From positions 19,780-83,779 of the forward strand of contig JAKSJP010000003.1 of assembly GCA_024398105.1 (NCBI GenBank): DNA of 64,000 nt. The letters are read 5' to 3'. Source of the DNA: Bacteroidales bacterium (GTDB taxonomy: Bacteria; Bacteroidota; Bacteroidia; Bacteroidales; UBA932). Made by a program: the position numbers and the translations under genes. Numbering within the stretch: the stretch's first letter is position 1; each line of letters begins with the position of its first letter. The notes under the pieces were generated by a model. That model had not been told where the DNA came from. It did no database searches and saw nothing but the letters and a program-made list of their open reading frames with translations. Below, piece by piece: positions 27,055 to 36,701 of the stretch.

Positions 27055-28875
27055 CTATCTTATATAACTTGCCATGGAATCGACCAGACGGTCATTGTCC
27101 TCCGCGCTTCTGACTGCGATGCGGATGAAACTGCGTCCATCGAAGCCCTTCTTGGTCGAGCAGTCCTTGATCAGGATGTTGAAATCCTTGAGCAGGCTGG
27201 CAGTCAGTGCCTCCGACGTCATCGGAGCAAGGACCTCACACAGGAAATAGTTAGCCTGAGATGGAATGACCCTGAGGAACGGGACAGTGCTCAGCCTTGA
27301 GCGGAGCCTCTCTCTTTCGGCGATGAACAGCCTGCAGGCCTCGAAGTACTGTTTCTCATACTTGCCGAATATCTGCATATAGAACTCGGCAAAGGAATTG
27401 ATGTTCCATATCGCCACATCTTTCTTCATCGATGCGATCAGTTCCTTGTCTGCCGAAGCCAGCACTCCCAGACGAAGCCCAGGGACGCCATACGACTTGC
27501 TGATCGACTTCATCACGACCATCCTTGGATGAGATTCGAGGACATGGTCATGGAGAAGTGAATTGTTCTCGAAGCCCTCGCTGAAATCGACGAAGCTTTC
27601 GTCGACTACGAGACGGATTCCTCTCTCTGCACACCAGTCCTCCAGGTCAAGCACATCGGACAGCGGGATATAGTTTCCTGACGGATTGTCCGGATTGACG
27701 AGAAGAAGAGTGTCCAGATCCTTGTCTGCAAAGAAAGACTTGAGGTCCTGTGCGGTATAGCTGAAATCCTGATTCTCAGGCACGAACTTTACGACAGAGT
27801 CTGAAGGGAGCCTGTTAGGATACTCCTCGAAAGTCGGATAGGTCAATCCTACCCTGCCTGGAGAAGACATCTCCATCAATGACTTTATAAGCTCCGCCGC
27901 ACCGTTCCCGACACAGACGTGCGAGCTCGAGATGCCGAAGTACTTGCCGGCGAGAAGTGAGTTGACGCCCATTCCCGACGGATAATTGACCAGCACGACA
28001 TCGAAGTTCGCCCTCATCTCGTCCTTCATCCTGGCTGTAGGGAAGAATGGATTGACCAGATAGCAGAAGTCCAGCATGTCAGGGAAACGCCAGTATCCGC
28101 CGTAGCGCTTCTGGTATTTCTGAAGCTTATCCTCATCGGATGCGAAGATGTTCTCAGCTATGTCCAGATCCTGAACGTCATCGATCTCATACCACTTGCA
28201 GTCCCCGATAGGAAGTGCCTTCAGGTCGATGTTGTCGAGAGACGTCAGAATCCTGAGGACCTGCTCATAGTACTCATTGTTGCCCATGACCTTGCTGTAG
28301 GCTTCGAGGAACGGAATATACTCATTGCACGAGAACTCCCGGCTGAACTTATAGATGTTGACAGTCTTGTAATAGTGCTGTACGTCCTCATAGCGGAAGC
28401 CGTTCTTAGGCACGAAGTTGAGGATCTTGTTATCGGAACCGATCCTGACCATGGTACCGTCCATCCAGGTCTGGTACTTCGCCACAAGGGCGATGTTCGG
28501 GCTCGGGTTCTCGACGGCCATCTTCAGCAGTGAGTCTTCTACGATCAGGTCCGACTCCAACAGAAGAGTGTCGTCTTCTTCCAGCTTTTCCTTCGCCAAT
28601 GCAAGCGAATAGATATTGTTGGTCCTGTCATAGACAGGGTTCTCGACATACTCTATCCTGAGGCGGTCGTCATAGCGGTCGCCGATATGGTCCATCAGCT
28701 TGCGGCCTTCGTAGCCTACGACGATCACGACCCTTCTGAGATCCAGGGCCGAAAGCTGGGTGAGCATCCTGTCGATCAAGGTTACTCCATTGACCTCGAT
28801 CATACATTTGGTATTGTTCTTCGTCAGGGCTCCGAGCCTCTTGCCCATACCTGCCGCCAAAATGATAGCCTGCAT
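27055..28875 (-). CDS. Fusion protein: N-terminal LicC-like sugar/alcohol-phosphate nucleotidyltransferase plus C-terminal class I/II PLP-dependent aminotransferase-fold domain (HisC/CobD-like)
   Basis: 606 aa. N-terminus MQAIILAAGMGKRLG...NNIYSL...WYEIDDVQDL. C-terminal domain has NPDNPSGNY, VVDESFVDF and the PLP-lysine motif SISKSYGVPGLRLG. Confidence 0.75.
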   Translation of the reverse strand: MQAIILAAGMGKRLGALTKNNTKCMIEVNGVTLIDRMLTQLSALDLRRVVIVVGYEGRKLMDHIGDRYDDRLRIEYVENPVYDRTNNIYSLALAKEKLEEDDTLLLESDLIVEDSLLKMAVENPSPNIALVAKYQTWMDGTMVRIGSDNKILNFVPKNGFRYEDVQHYYKTVNIYKFSREFSCNEYIPFLEAYSKVMGNNEYYEQVLRILTSLDNIDLKALPIGDCKWYEIDDVQDLDIAENIFASDEDKLQKYQKRYGGYWRFPDMLDFCYLVNPFFPTARMKDEMRANFDVVLVNYPSGMGVNSLLAGKYFGISSSHVCVGNGAAELIKSLMEMSSPGRVGLTYPTFEEYPNRLPSDSVVKFVPENQDFSYTAQDLKSFFADKDLDTLLLVNPDNPSGNYIPLSDVLDLEDWCAERGIRLVVDESFVDFSEGFENNSLLHDHVLESHPRMVVMKSISKSYGVPGLRLGVLASADKELIASMKKDVAIWNINSFAEFYMQIFGKYEKQYFEACRLFIAERERLRSRLSTVPFLRVIPSQANYFLCEVLAPMTSEALTASLLKDFNILIKDCSTKKGFDGRSFIRIAVRSAEDNDRLVDSMASYIR

Positions 28876-28880
28876 GTCTG

Positions 28881-31718
28881 TTAACTGTGCTTAAGATATC
28901 TAGCTGTAAATGTATCGCCGCTTGATGCCATATCCTCAGGAGTACCCTCGAACACGAGTGAGCCACCCTTGTCGCCGGCGTCAGGACCGAGGTCGATCAC
29001 CCAGTCCGCAGCCTTGATGACATCAAGGTTATGCTCGACCACGACAATTGAATGTCCCTTGGCAAGGAGTGCGTCGAATGACCTGAGGAGTTTCTCCACA
29101 TCGTAGAAATGGAGACCCGTGGTAGGCTCGTCGAAGATGAAAAGTATCCTCTTTGCCCTTGAGCTGCTCTCAGCGTCGTTCATGGAGAGGAAGTATGCGA
29201 GCTTCACTCGCTGGCTCTCGCCGCCTGAAAGCGTGCTGCTGCTCTGTCCGAGCTTGATATATGAAAGTCCGACATCCATCAGCGGCTGGAGCTTGCGGGC
29301 GATGGTCTTCGCCTCGTTCTCACTCTGGGCGCTGAAGAAGGCGATGGCCTCCTCTACGCTCATGTTGAGTATGTCGTCAATGTTCTTCTCCTTATATCTC
29401 ACCTCCAGGATGTCCGGCTTGAAACGACGGCCGCCGCAGGCCTCGCAGACCATCCTGACATCTGCCATGAACTGCATGCCTATCTTCACGAAGCCGTCGC
29501 CCTGGCACTCAGAGCAGCGGCCTCCCTCCTGGTTGAAGGAGAAGAACGAAGGAGTATAGCCATTGATCTTGGCATACTGCTGCTCAGCCATGAGCTTACG
29601 GATGTCGTCGTAGACCTTGAGGTAGGTCACGGCATTGGAACGCGAGCTCTTGCCTATAGGGTTCTGGTCCACATATTCCACCTGCGATACCCTGTCGAGA
29701 CTGCCGGAAAGCCCCCTGAACACACCAGGCTGGTCTCCTGTCTCGTTGATTCTTCTGAAAAGCGCCGGATAGAGGATGTCTCCCACCAGCGATGACTTGC
29801 CGCTTCCGCTGACTCCGGTCACCACGGTCAGGACGCCGAGAGGGAACCTCACATCGATATTCTTGAGGTTATGCTCCATGGCACCTTCGACCTTGATCCA
29901 ATAGTTCGGCTTACGTTTTTCCCTGCTGCAGCGAGGGCGTTCTCCGGTGATATACTGCAGAGTGAGCGACCTGTCGACCTCAGCCTTTGAGACTTCCGGC
30001 GTGACAGCACCCTGGAACATCAGCTCGCCGCCGAACACGCCTGCCTTTGGGCCCATGTCGATCAGCATGTCGGCAGAACGGATGATCTCCTCGTCATGTT
30101 CCACGACTATCACGGTATTGCCTATGTCACGCAGCCTCTTGAGGACCGCGATGAGTCTCTCTGTGTCCCTTGGATGGAGACCGATGCTCGGTTCATCAAG
30201 GATATACATCGAACCGACGAGCGAGCTGCCGAGCGCAGTCACGAGATTGACCCTCTGGCTCTCACCGCCCGAAAGCGTGTTGCACGGCCTGTCAAGGGTC
30301 AGGTACGAAAGTCCCACGTCGGCGATGCAGCGCAGGCGCGAGCAGATCTCCTCGATCGCCTTCCCTGCGATACCGCGTTCGTACTCAGTCAGTTCGAGGG
30401 AGCCGAAGAACGCCAGAAGCTCATCCACGTTCATGGTAAGAAGCTCATGTATGTTCTTCCCGCCTACCCTGACATACAGTGCATCCTTGCGAAGGCGGCT
30501 GCCCTTGCAGTCAGTACATGTAGTCTTGCCGGAGAATCGGCTGAGCATATATTTATACTGGATCTTATACTTGTTGGCATCGACCCACTTGAAGAAGCTG
30601 TTCAGGCCGATCAGCGAGGTCTCTTCCCTGCCTGTGTCATGTCCTTCCCAGATCAGTTCCCTCTGTTTCGGGGTAAGCTCGCAATATGGCTTGAAGACAG
30701 GAATGTCATAGATGTCCGCGACTTCCACGAGATGGTCCTTGAACCAGCCCATCTTGTCACCTCGCCAGCATGCTATCGCACCCTCATAGATGCTCTTTGC
30801 CTTGTCTGGCACCACCAGGTCCTCGCTTATTCCCACTATCTTGCCCAGTCCGCCGCATGTCGGACATGCTCCGAGCGGGCTGTTGAAGCTGAACATATAT
30901 TCATCCGGCTGGCGGAATGTCATTCCGTCGGCCTCGAAGCGGTTGCAGAAACGCTGGAGCATGACGTCGCCGGAAGCAGTCTCCCTGCGGACGAACATGG
31001 CACCATGACCAATGCTGAAGCAGTTGTCGATCGAAGAGCGGAGCCTTGTGTCCATGTCGTCCTTGTCCTCCGGTGCGAACGGAAGACGTACCCTGTCGAC
31101 CAGGAGATAGAGCTCGTCCGGAAACTGTCCGCTTTCGGAAAGCTGCATGATGTCCTCGATGCGCACCATCCTGTCGGTCCACATCCTCGAATAACCCTGT
31201 TCCTTGAGGGAAAGCATCAGCTCGACCTTGTCCTTCCTCTCCTTCCAGCCGAGGTCGGCAAGAAGATACGCCGATACCGATTCAGGGTCAAGCACGTACT
31301 CAAGCACATCGTTGACCGTATGGCACTTGACCTCGACTCCGCTGACAGGAGAATACGTCCTGCCTATCCTCGCGAAGAGAAGACGGAGGAAATCGTAGAT
31401 CTCGGTAGTGGTAGCGACTGTCGAGCGAGGATTGCGGATATTGACTTTCTGCTCGATGGCGATTGCCGGAGGAAGGCCTGCGATAAGCTCCACGTCAGGC
31501 TTTGACATCCTGCCGAGGAACTGTCTCGCATATGAGGAAAGACTCTCCGCAAAGCGTCTCTGACCCTCTGCGAAAAGAGTGTCGAAAGCCAGCGACGACT
31601 TTCCGGAACCCGAGATACCGGTTACTACGACCAGCCTGTTCCTTGGAATCTCAAGGCTGACATCCTTGAGGTTATTGGCCCTGGCTTTCCTGATGACAAT
31701 ATTTCCTTCCTGTGGCAT
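28881..31718 (-). CDS. uvrA: Excinuclease ABC subunit A
   Basis: 945 aa. Two ABC modules ([20 protein letters not shown]; LSGGESQR twice) and zinc-finger cysteines ([14 protein letters not shown]...CEACGG). Confidence 0.97.
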   Translation of the reverse strand: MPQEGNIVIRKARANNLKDVSLEIPRNRLVVVTGISGSGKSSLAFDTLFAEGQRRFAESLSSYARQFLGRMSKPDVELIAGLPPAIAIEQKVNIRNPRSTVATTTEIYDFLRLLFARIGRTYSPVSGVEVKCHTVNDVLEYVLDPESVSAYLLADLGWKERKDKVELMLSLKEQGYSRMWTDRMVRIEDIMQLSESGQFPDELYLLVDRVRLPFAPEDKDDMDTRLRSSIDNCFSIGHGAMFVRRETASGDVMLQRFCNRFEADGMTFRQPDEYMFSFNSPLGACPTCGGLGKIVGISEDLVVPDKAKSIYEGAIACWRGDKMGWFKDHLVEVADIYDIPVFKPYCELTPKQRELIWEGHDTGREETSLIGLNSFFKWVDANKYKIQYKYMLSRFSGKTTCTDCKGSRLRKDALYVRVGGKNIHELLTMNVDELLAFFGSLELTEYERGIAGKAIEEICSRLRCIADVGLSYLTLDRPCNTLSGGESQRVNLVTALGSSLVGSMYILDEPSIGLHPRDTERLIAVLKRLRDIGNTVIVVEHDEEIIRSADMLIDMGPKAGVFGGELMFQGAVTPEVSKAEVDRSLTLQYITGERPRCSREKRKPNYWIKVEGAMEHNLKNIDVRFPLGVLTVVTGVSGSGKSSLVGDILYPALFRRINETGDQPGVFRGLSGSLDRVSQVEYVDQNPIGKSSRSNAVTYLKVYDDIRKLMAEQQYAKINGYTPSFFSFNQEGGRCSECQGDGFVKIGMQFMADVRMVCEACGGRRFKPDILEVRYKEKNIDDILNMSVEEAIAFFSAQSENEAKTIARKLQPLMDVGLSYIKLGQSSSTLSGGESQRVKLAYFLSMNDAESSSRAKRILFIFDEPTTGLHFYDVEKLLRSFDALLAKGHSIVVVEHNLDVIKAADWVIDLGPDAGDKGGSLVFEGTPEDMASSGDTFTARYLKHS

Positions 31719-31820
31719 ATGTTGTATTTATCAACACAAATATAGCCAATATGTGACTTCTTTCCCCCATTTTTTATAACAAATGGTCCAAGATTGATAG
31801 ATAATCTCGGCTCTTTATCG

Positions 31821-31828
31821 TAATTTTG
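31821..31828 (+). promoter_or_regulatory. Candidate -7 box (TAATTTTG) for the GH9 gene
   Basis: Exact TAnnTTTG match, 51 nt upstream of ATG 31879. Confidence 0.35.
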
Positions 31829-31878
31829 AATATAATCCCGAAAATGCGGAAAACACAAGACACAAAAAAACTAAATAA

Positions 31879-34476
31879 ATGAACAAGAAACTCTTTTACC
31901 TGATCGGAACTGCAGCTCTCTCGCTCTCGGCATTACAGGCTAATGCCCAGTCGATGAAGCTCAACGACCTCGATTATTTCGAGAAGACCGGTGCGAACGT
32001 ACTCGTTTACAGCAACATCTACAACGGTGGATTCTGCGACGAGAAACTCGCAGGTCTTGAAATCATCCAGAGAGGCGAACGTATCGCTACCGGTGGTGGC
32101 GTACGTCTCATGAACACCCCTGAGCAGTGGGACATCTATGCTACCATGACTGACAGGAAGGTCAACAAGGCAGACAACAGCATCGAGGTCACCCTCAACT
32201 ACGAGGACTACGACTTCCAGTACAAGCTCCGCGTGACCCCTAAGGACAATGGTACCTGCATCCAGGTCATCCTCGACAAGCCGGTTCCTGCGAACCTCGT
32301 AGGCAAGGCCGGCATGAACCTCGAGTTCTTCCCTGCTTCATATTTCGGAAAGAACTACCTCGTAGACGGCAGCGCAAGGATCCTTCCTAAGTACGCTATG
32401 CACGACACAAAGGTACGCCCTGTATCCGAGAAGATTCCTCAGTACTTCGGCGAGACCACATTCGACGACAGAGGCCGCGGCGAATTCCTCGTTCCGCTTC
32501 CACTCTCTACAGGCCACAAGATCGTCATGGCACCAGAGGACAAGAACCTCCGCGTCAGCGTCACATCTGACGAGGAAGTGAGCCTCTATGACGGACGTCT
32601 CCTCGCCCAGAACGGTACTTTCGTAGTACGTTCGATCCTCCCTGCAGGCAAGAGCGGCAAGGTCCTCGAGTGGTATCTCGAGCCAGACGGAGACCCATCA
32701 TGGATCCGCAAGCCTAACATCGGTTTCTCACAGGTCGGCTACACCCCTGCACAGAGCAAGGTCGCAGTCGTAGAGCTTGACAAGAACTACAAGCCTGAGA
32801 AGACCGCTAAGATCCTCAAGATCGACGAGAACGGCCAGAAGGTCCTCGCTCTCCAGGCTGAGGCCAAGGAGTGGGGTGTATTCAACCACCGTTACAACTA
32901 CGTACAGATCGACTTCTCTTCAATCAAGGAGCCAGGTCTCTACTCTATCGAGTACGCTGGCGTCGAGACCAATGCATTCCCTATCGACCCTAAGGTATAC
33001 AGCGACAAGTGGCATGCTTCGATGGACATCTCACTCGTAGTCCAGATGGACCACATGGAGGTCAACGAAGGCTATAGGATCTGGCACGGACGCGCAAACA
33101 TGGACGATGCCATCATGGCCCCTGCAAATATCCGTCTCCACGACGGTTACACCCAGGGCAGCGAGAACTTCACCCAGTACAAGCCACTCGAGCATGTCCC
33201 TGGTCTCGCAGTCGGCGGATGGTATGACGCAGGTGACTTCGACATCCAGCAGAACTCAGTAGTGACCACCGAGCAGGACCTCGCGAAGCTCTGGAGACTC
33301 TTCGCACCTGAGCGCGATATGACCTATATCGACCAGGAGACACAGTTCGCCGACATCCACCGTCCTGACGGAGTTCCAGATGTGATCCAGCAGATCATGC
33401 ACGGAACCCTCAACATGAACGCTCAGATCGAGGCTCTCGGTTTCATGGCAGGTAACATCGGCCAGCCACAGATGCACCAGTACCATCACCTCGGTGACGC
33501 GCTCACCCTTACAGACGGTCTCATCTACGACCCTACCCTCAAGCCATACGAAGTATCTGCAGACGGAAAGCGCAGCGGTACCTACGACGACCGTATCATC
33601 ATGACACGCCAGCCTTCAGCTCAGGGTGTCATGGGAGCAATCATCGGTCTCGCATCTGCATATCCTGCACTCAAGGACTACTACCCTATCGAGGCGAACA
33701 GATCCCTCAAGAACGCTCTCATGCTCTGGGACAAGTATGTCGAGAACGAGCCTGCACAGCCTGCCAACCCTATGATGAACGGCAGATGGGGCGGCGGCGA
33801 GGCCAACAAGATCCGTGCAGCCATCGAGCTCTTCGATGCTACTGGCGAGCCAAGATTCAAGAACTACTACATGTCTAAGATCATGACCCTCGTCCAGCCG
33901 ACCACAGACGGCAACACAAACCGTGGCGGTGCATTCATCTCTCTCTTCAACTTCGAGAACGTGCTCCGCGTATACGACCAGCTCGACGCAAAGCAGAAGG
34001 CTCAGGTCGAGGCTGCCATCCCTGTATACGTAGAGACTCTCGGCAAGCTCGGTGCTGACAACCCATACAACGCTCCTATCAGCGGCGGTGGCTGGGGTGG
34101 CAACAACCTCGTGATCAGCACAGCCCTCAACCTCTACCTCATCTGGAAGCACAATCCGGAAGCAGTTGACGCTGAGCTCATCCTCAGAAGCCTCAACTAC
34201 CTCTACGGTACACATCCATACCACAACGCTTCATTCATCACCTCTGTAGGTGTGAACACAAAGAAGGTAGGTTACGGCAACACCCGTGCAGAGTACACCA
34301 CAATCCCAGGCAGCGTCATCCCTGGCCTTCTCCTCAGAAACCCTGACTTCTACGAGAACAAGGACGACTATCCTTTCCACTGGGGTGAGAACGAGTGCGT
34401 TGTCAACTCTACACCTAACTACGTAATGCTTGCTCTCGCAGCTCAGGAGGTTGCTGACTACATCAACAACAAGTAA
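31879..34476 (+). CDS. Glycoside hydrolase family 9 (endoglucanase/xyloglucanase-type) with N-terminal Ig-like region
   Basis: 865 aa with signal peptide ...LQANA|Q. GH9 motifs GGWYDAGDFD and HWGENECVVNSTPNYVM, plus an (alpha/alpha)6-type C-terminal half. Confidence 0.8.
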   Translation: MNKKLFYLIGTAALSLSALQANAQSMKLNDLDYFEKTGANVLVYSNIYNGGFCDEKLAGLEIIQRGERIATGGGVRLMNTPEQWDIYATMTDRKVNKADNSIEVTLNYEDYDFQYKLRVTPKDNGTCIQVILDKPVPANLVGKAGMNLEFFPASYFGKNYLVDGSARILPKYAMHDTKVRPVSEKIPQYFGETTFDDRGRGEFLVPLPLSTGHKIVMAPEDKNLRVSVTSDEEVSLYDGRLLAQNGTFVVRSILPAGKSGKVLEWYLEPDGDPSWIRKPNIGFSQVGYTPAQSKVAVVELDKNYKPEKTAKILKIDENGQKVLALQAEAKEWGVFNHRYNYVQIDFSSIKEPGLYSIEYAGVETNAFPIDPKVYSDKWHASMDISLVVQMDHMEVNEGYRIWHGRANMDDAIMAPANIRLHDGYTQGSENFTQYKPLEHVPGLAVGGWYDAGDFDIQQNSVVTTEQDLAKLWRLFAPERDMTYIDQETQFADIHRPDGVPDVIQQIMHGTLNMNAQIEALGFMAGNIGQPQMHQYHHLGDALTLTDGLIYDPTLKPYEVSADGKRSGTYDDRIIMTRQPSAQGVMGAIIGLASAYPALKDYYPIEANRSLKNALMLWDKYVENEPAQPANPMMNGRWGGGEANKIRAAIELFDATGEPRFKNYYMSKIMTLVQPTTDGNTNRGGAFISLFNFENVLRVYDQLDAKQKAQVEAAIPVYVETLGKLGADNPYNAPISGGGWGGNNLVISTALNLYLIWKHNPEAVDAELILRSLNYLYGTHPYHNASFITSVGVNTKKVGYGNTRAEYTTIPGSVIPGLLLRNPDFYENKDDYPFHWGENECVVNSTPNYVMLALAAQEVADYINNK

Positions 34477-34503
34477 TCAATCAAAAAACAGGACAGGCAT
34501 AAC

Positions 34504-35214
34504 ATGCTCGGAACCATCGTAAATACAAGCTGCATCATCATAGGCAGCATTGCAGGCTCCCTCATCAAGAAGGGCATCAAACCGGAGATCCAGAAGGTAA
34601 TGTTCACCGCCATGGGACTCGCATCCCTCGGCCTTGGTGTCAATGCATTCTGCGCACACTTCAGCGAGAGCACCTTCCCTGTCCTGTTCATCATATCTCT
34701 TGCCGTCGGAGGCCTGTTCGGAACTTGGATTGACATCGATGCGAGATTCAAGAATCTAGTGGACAGGCGCTCCGCCGGGCAGGATAATTCTGCCGACGGA
34801 AAGGCAAAGGGCGGACTTGCACAGGGTCTCTCGACCTGCATTCTCCTCTTCTGCATCGGCACATTCTCCATCGTAGGCCCTATGAACAGCGCCCTCTATG
34901 GAGACAATACTTTCCTCTTTACAAACGCCACGCTTGACCTCATCACGTCATGCGTATTCGCAACGACCTACGGCATCGGAATCATATTCGCTGCACCCGT
35001 ACTCTTCTGCTGGCAAGGTATGTTCTACCTTATAGCAAAGCTCGCCGGCGGAGTAATCCCGGATGCGCTCATCCATGAATTGATCTCCGTCGGCGGTCTT
35101 CTTATCGTTGCTTCAGGTCTCAGCCTTCTGGAACTCAAGGACTGCAAGAGTCTCAATCTTCTTCCTTCCCTGCTGGTTCCAGTCCTCTACTTTTTCATCC
35201 AGGGCTTATTCTAG
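34504..35214 (+). CDS. DUF554-family integral membrane protein (YdfK/YqgA-like)
   Basis: 236 aa, multi-TM. N-terminus MLGTIVNTSCIIIGSIAGSLIKKGI is typical of DUF554. Confidence 0.7.
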   Translation: MLGTIVNTSCIIIGSIAGSLIKKGIKPEIQKVMFTAMGLASLGLGVNAFCAHFSESTFPVLFIISLAVGGLFGTWIDIDARFKNLVDRRSAGQDNSADGKAKGGLAQGLSTCILLFCIGTFSIVGPMNSALYGDNTFLFTNATLDLITSCVFATTYGIGIIFAAPVLFCWQGMFYLIAKLAGGVIPDALIHELISVGGLLIVASGLSLLELKDCKSLNLLPSLLVPVLYFFIQGLF

Positions 35215-35225
35215 ACTGTCATAAT

Positions 35226-35319
35226 ACAGACGCCGGTGAAGCGTAAGTGGCGCCCTCAGCCGCAGCCGAGCAAGGCGAGGCGAGAATGGACAAGCCACGT
35301 CGCTTGCACCGGCGTCTGT
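35226..35319. other. 94-nt GC-rich long imperfect hairpin between convergent genes (bidirectional terminator or structured RNA/REP-like element)
   Basis: The arms acagacgccggtg-aagcg-taa-gtggc (35226-35251) and gccac-gt-cgctt-g-caccggcgtctgt (35294-35319) pair over 13+5+5 bp around a 42-nt GC-rich loop. Confidence 0.6.
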
Positions 35320-35322
35320 CCG

Positions 35323-36684
35323 TTATTCAACAGTCCACCAGTCCCAGTTGAAGAGATTGCCCTTCTGACGGGCATTGCCCTTGAACACGAAGTAGACGTC
35401 GTGTACTCCGCTTGCACCCTTGAGCGAGCATGAAATCTGCTCGAACACATCCTTGGTCGCAGGAACAGTGATCTTACCGGCGCACTTACCTGAAGGAGAG
35501 TCAAGGCGTACCTCCATTGAACCACCATAGAGATGGCTTGCTACAGATGCGGTGAACTTGCTTGCACCCTTTCCGAAATCAACACCCTTGACGAGAAGGT
35601 ACTCACCCTCGTCGATATCGGTCACGAAGATAGAGTCGAACCTTGGACCTGACGCAAGAGCCTGCGCGGTCTTGAGGCCATAGCCCCATGCCATTGTCTC
35701 AGCCTCTACCCTGCGGTATGGGTTGAAAGGCTCCACCTGCTCGAGCTTCGCATCGAGGAAGTAAGGAACCTCATTGATGGTACCGTCGGCATTGTAGGTC
35801 ATCTCGGCAGCTGCTACAGAGCGCTGCTCGGCGTGCTTATGGTTGGAAAGACGGAAAACGTCATAGTTGAGACCGAACACATAGGACTTGCCCTTGTAGT
35901 CGATCACGCCTGGATGGTTACCGCGGGTGCGGACTGTATGGTCCATGATATGTCCCTTGTACTCCCATGGTCCGAGAGGACCGTCTGCCATAGCGTAGCC
36001 GATACCCTCAGGGCAGCATGTAGAAGCGAATGCGAGATAGTAATGGCCGTCACGCTTCCAGAACCATGGTCCTTCCTGATAGTCCTCGATATGAGGCATC
36101 TTCATGATCTCGCCTGAATATGAGATCATATCCTCGTTGAGCTTCACGCAGTATAAGTTAGGATTGCCCCAGTACATGTAGGCCTGGCCGTCGTCGTCGA
36201 CCCATACGGTAGGATCGATGTCGTCCCAGTGCTCCTTCTGCCATACGAGAGGTTCTCCGAGAGGGTCACGATATGGTCCCTCAGGCTTGTCAGCAACGAG
36301 GACACCGATTCCATGTCCATGGATAGGACAGTACATATACCATTTGCCGTTGCGCTCTACGACCTGCTCTGCCCATGCACCGTTGTTACCCTGGTACCAG
36401 CGGAAATTACGCAGGGATGCTACCGGACCGTGGTCCTGCCAGTTGACCATGTCGGTCGATGTGTAGAGAAGCCAGTCACGCATCTGGAATCCCTCTGCGC
36501 CGTCCTCGTCGTGAGTGGTGAACAGATAGACGACACCGTCATGCACGAAAGGTGCAGGGTCTGCGGTGAACTTGGTCTGGACGACAGGCATGTTGAGGTC
36601 AGCAAGAGGTGCCTGAGGCTCGTTTGTCGAGCATGATGCGAGAAGTGCGGCTGAGATGCCAAGTAAAAGTGATGTGTGTTTCAT
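35323..36684 (-). CDS. GH43 family glycoside hydrolase (xylosidase/arabinofuranosidase-type) with C-terminal CBM6, lipoprotein
   Basis: 453 aa with lipobox LLAS|C. GH43 motifs FTADPAPFVHDG, IDPTVWVDDDG and EGPWFWKRDGHYYL. CBM6-like C-terminus (RVEAETMAWGYG...YGGSMEVRLDS). Confidence 0.85.
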   Translation of the reverse strand: MKHTSLLLGISAALLASCSTNEPQAPLADLNMPVVQTKFTADPAPFVHDGVVYLFTTHDEDGAEGFQMRDWLLYTSTDMVNWQDHGPVASLRNFRWYQGNNGAWAEQVVERNGKWYMYCPIHGHGIGVLVADKPEGPYRDPLGEPLVWQKEHWDDIDPTVWVDDDGQAYMYWGNPNLYCVKLNEDMISYSGEIMKMPHIEDYQEGPWFWKRDGHYYLAFASTCCPEGIGYAMADGPLGPWEYKGHIMDHTVRTRGNHPGVIDYKGKSYVFGLNYDVFRLSNHKHAEQRSVAAAEMTYNADGTINEVPYFLDAKLEQVEPFNPYRRVEAETMAWGYGLKTAQALASGPRFDSIFVTDIDEGEYLLVKGVDFGKGASKFTASVASHLYGGSMEVRLDSPSGKCAGKITVPATKDVFEQISCSLKGASGVHDVYFVFKGNARQKGNLFNWDWWTVE

Positions 36685-36701
36685 TATGTTTGAGTTTTGT
36701 T

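Noticed and set aside
30096-31505. 469-aa plus-strand ORF (with 29947-30711 at 254 aa and 29119-29559 at 146 aa) antisense to uvrA
   Set aside because: It lies entirely inside the highly conserved uvrA reading frame. The product is Arg/Ala/His-rich with no motifs. Long antisense ORFs are expected from the strong C/G-ending codon bias of this genome.
35236-35433. 65-aa GTG-initiated ORF in the DUF554/GH43 intergenic hairpin
   Set aside because: It starts inside the hairpin arm and runs mostly antisense into the GH43 C-terminus. I interpret the region as RNA/DNA structure rather than coding.
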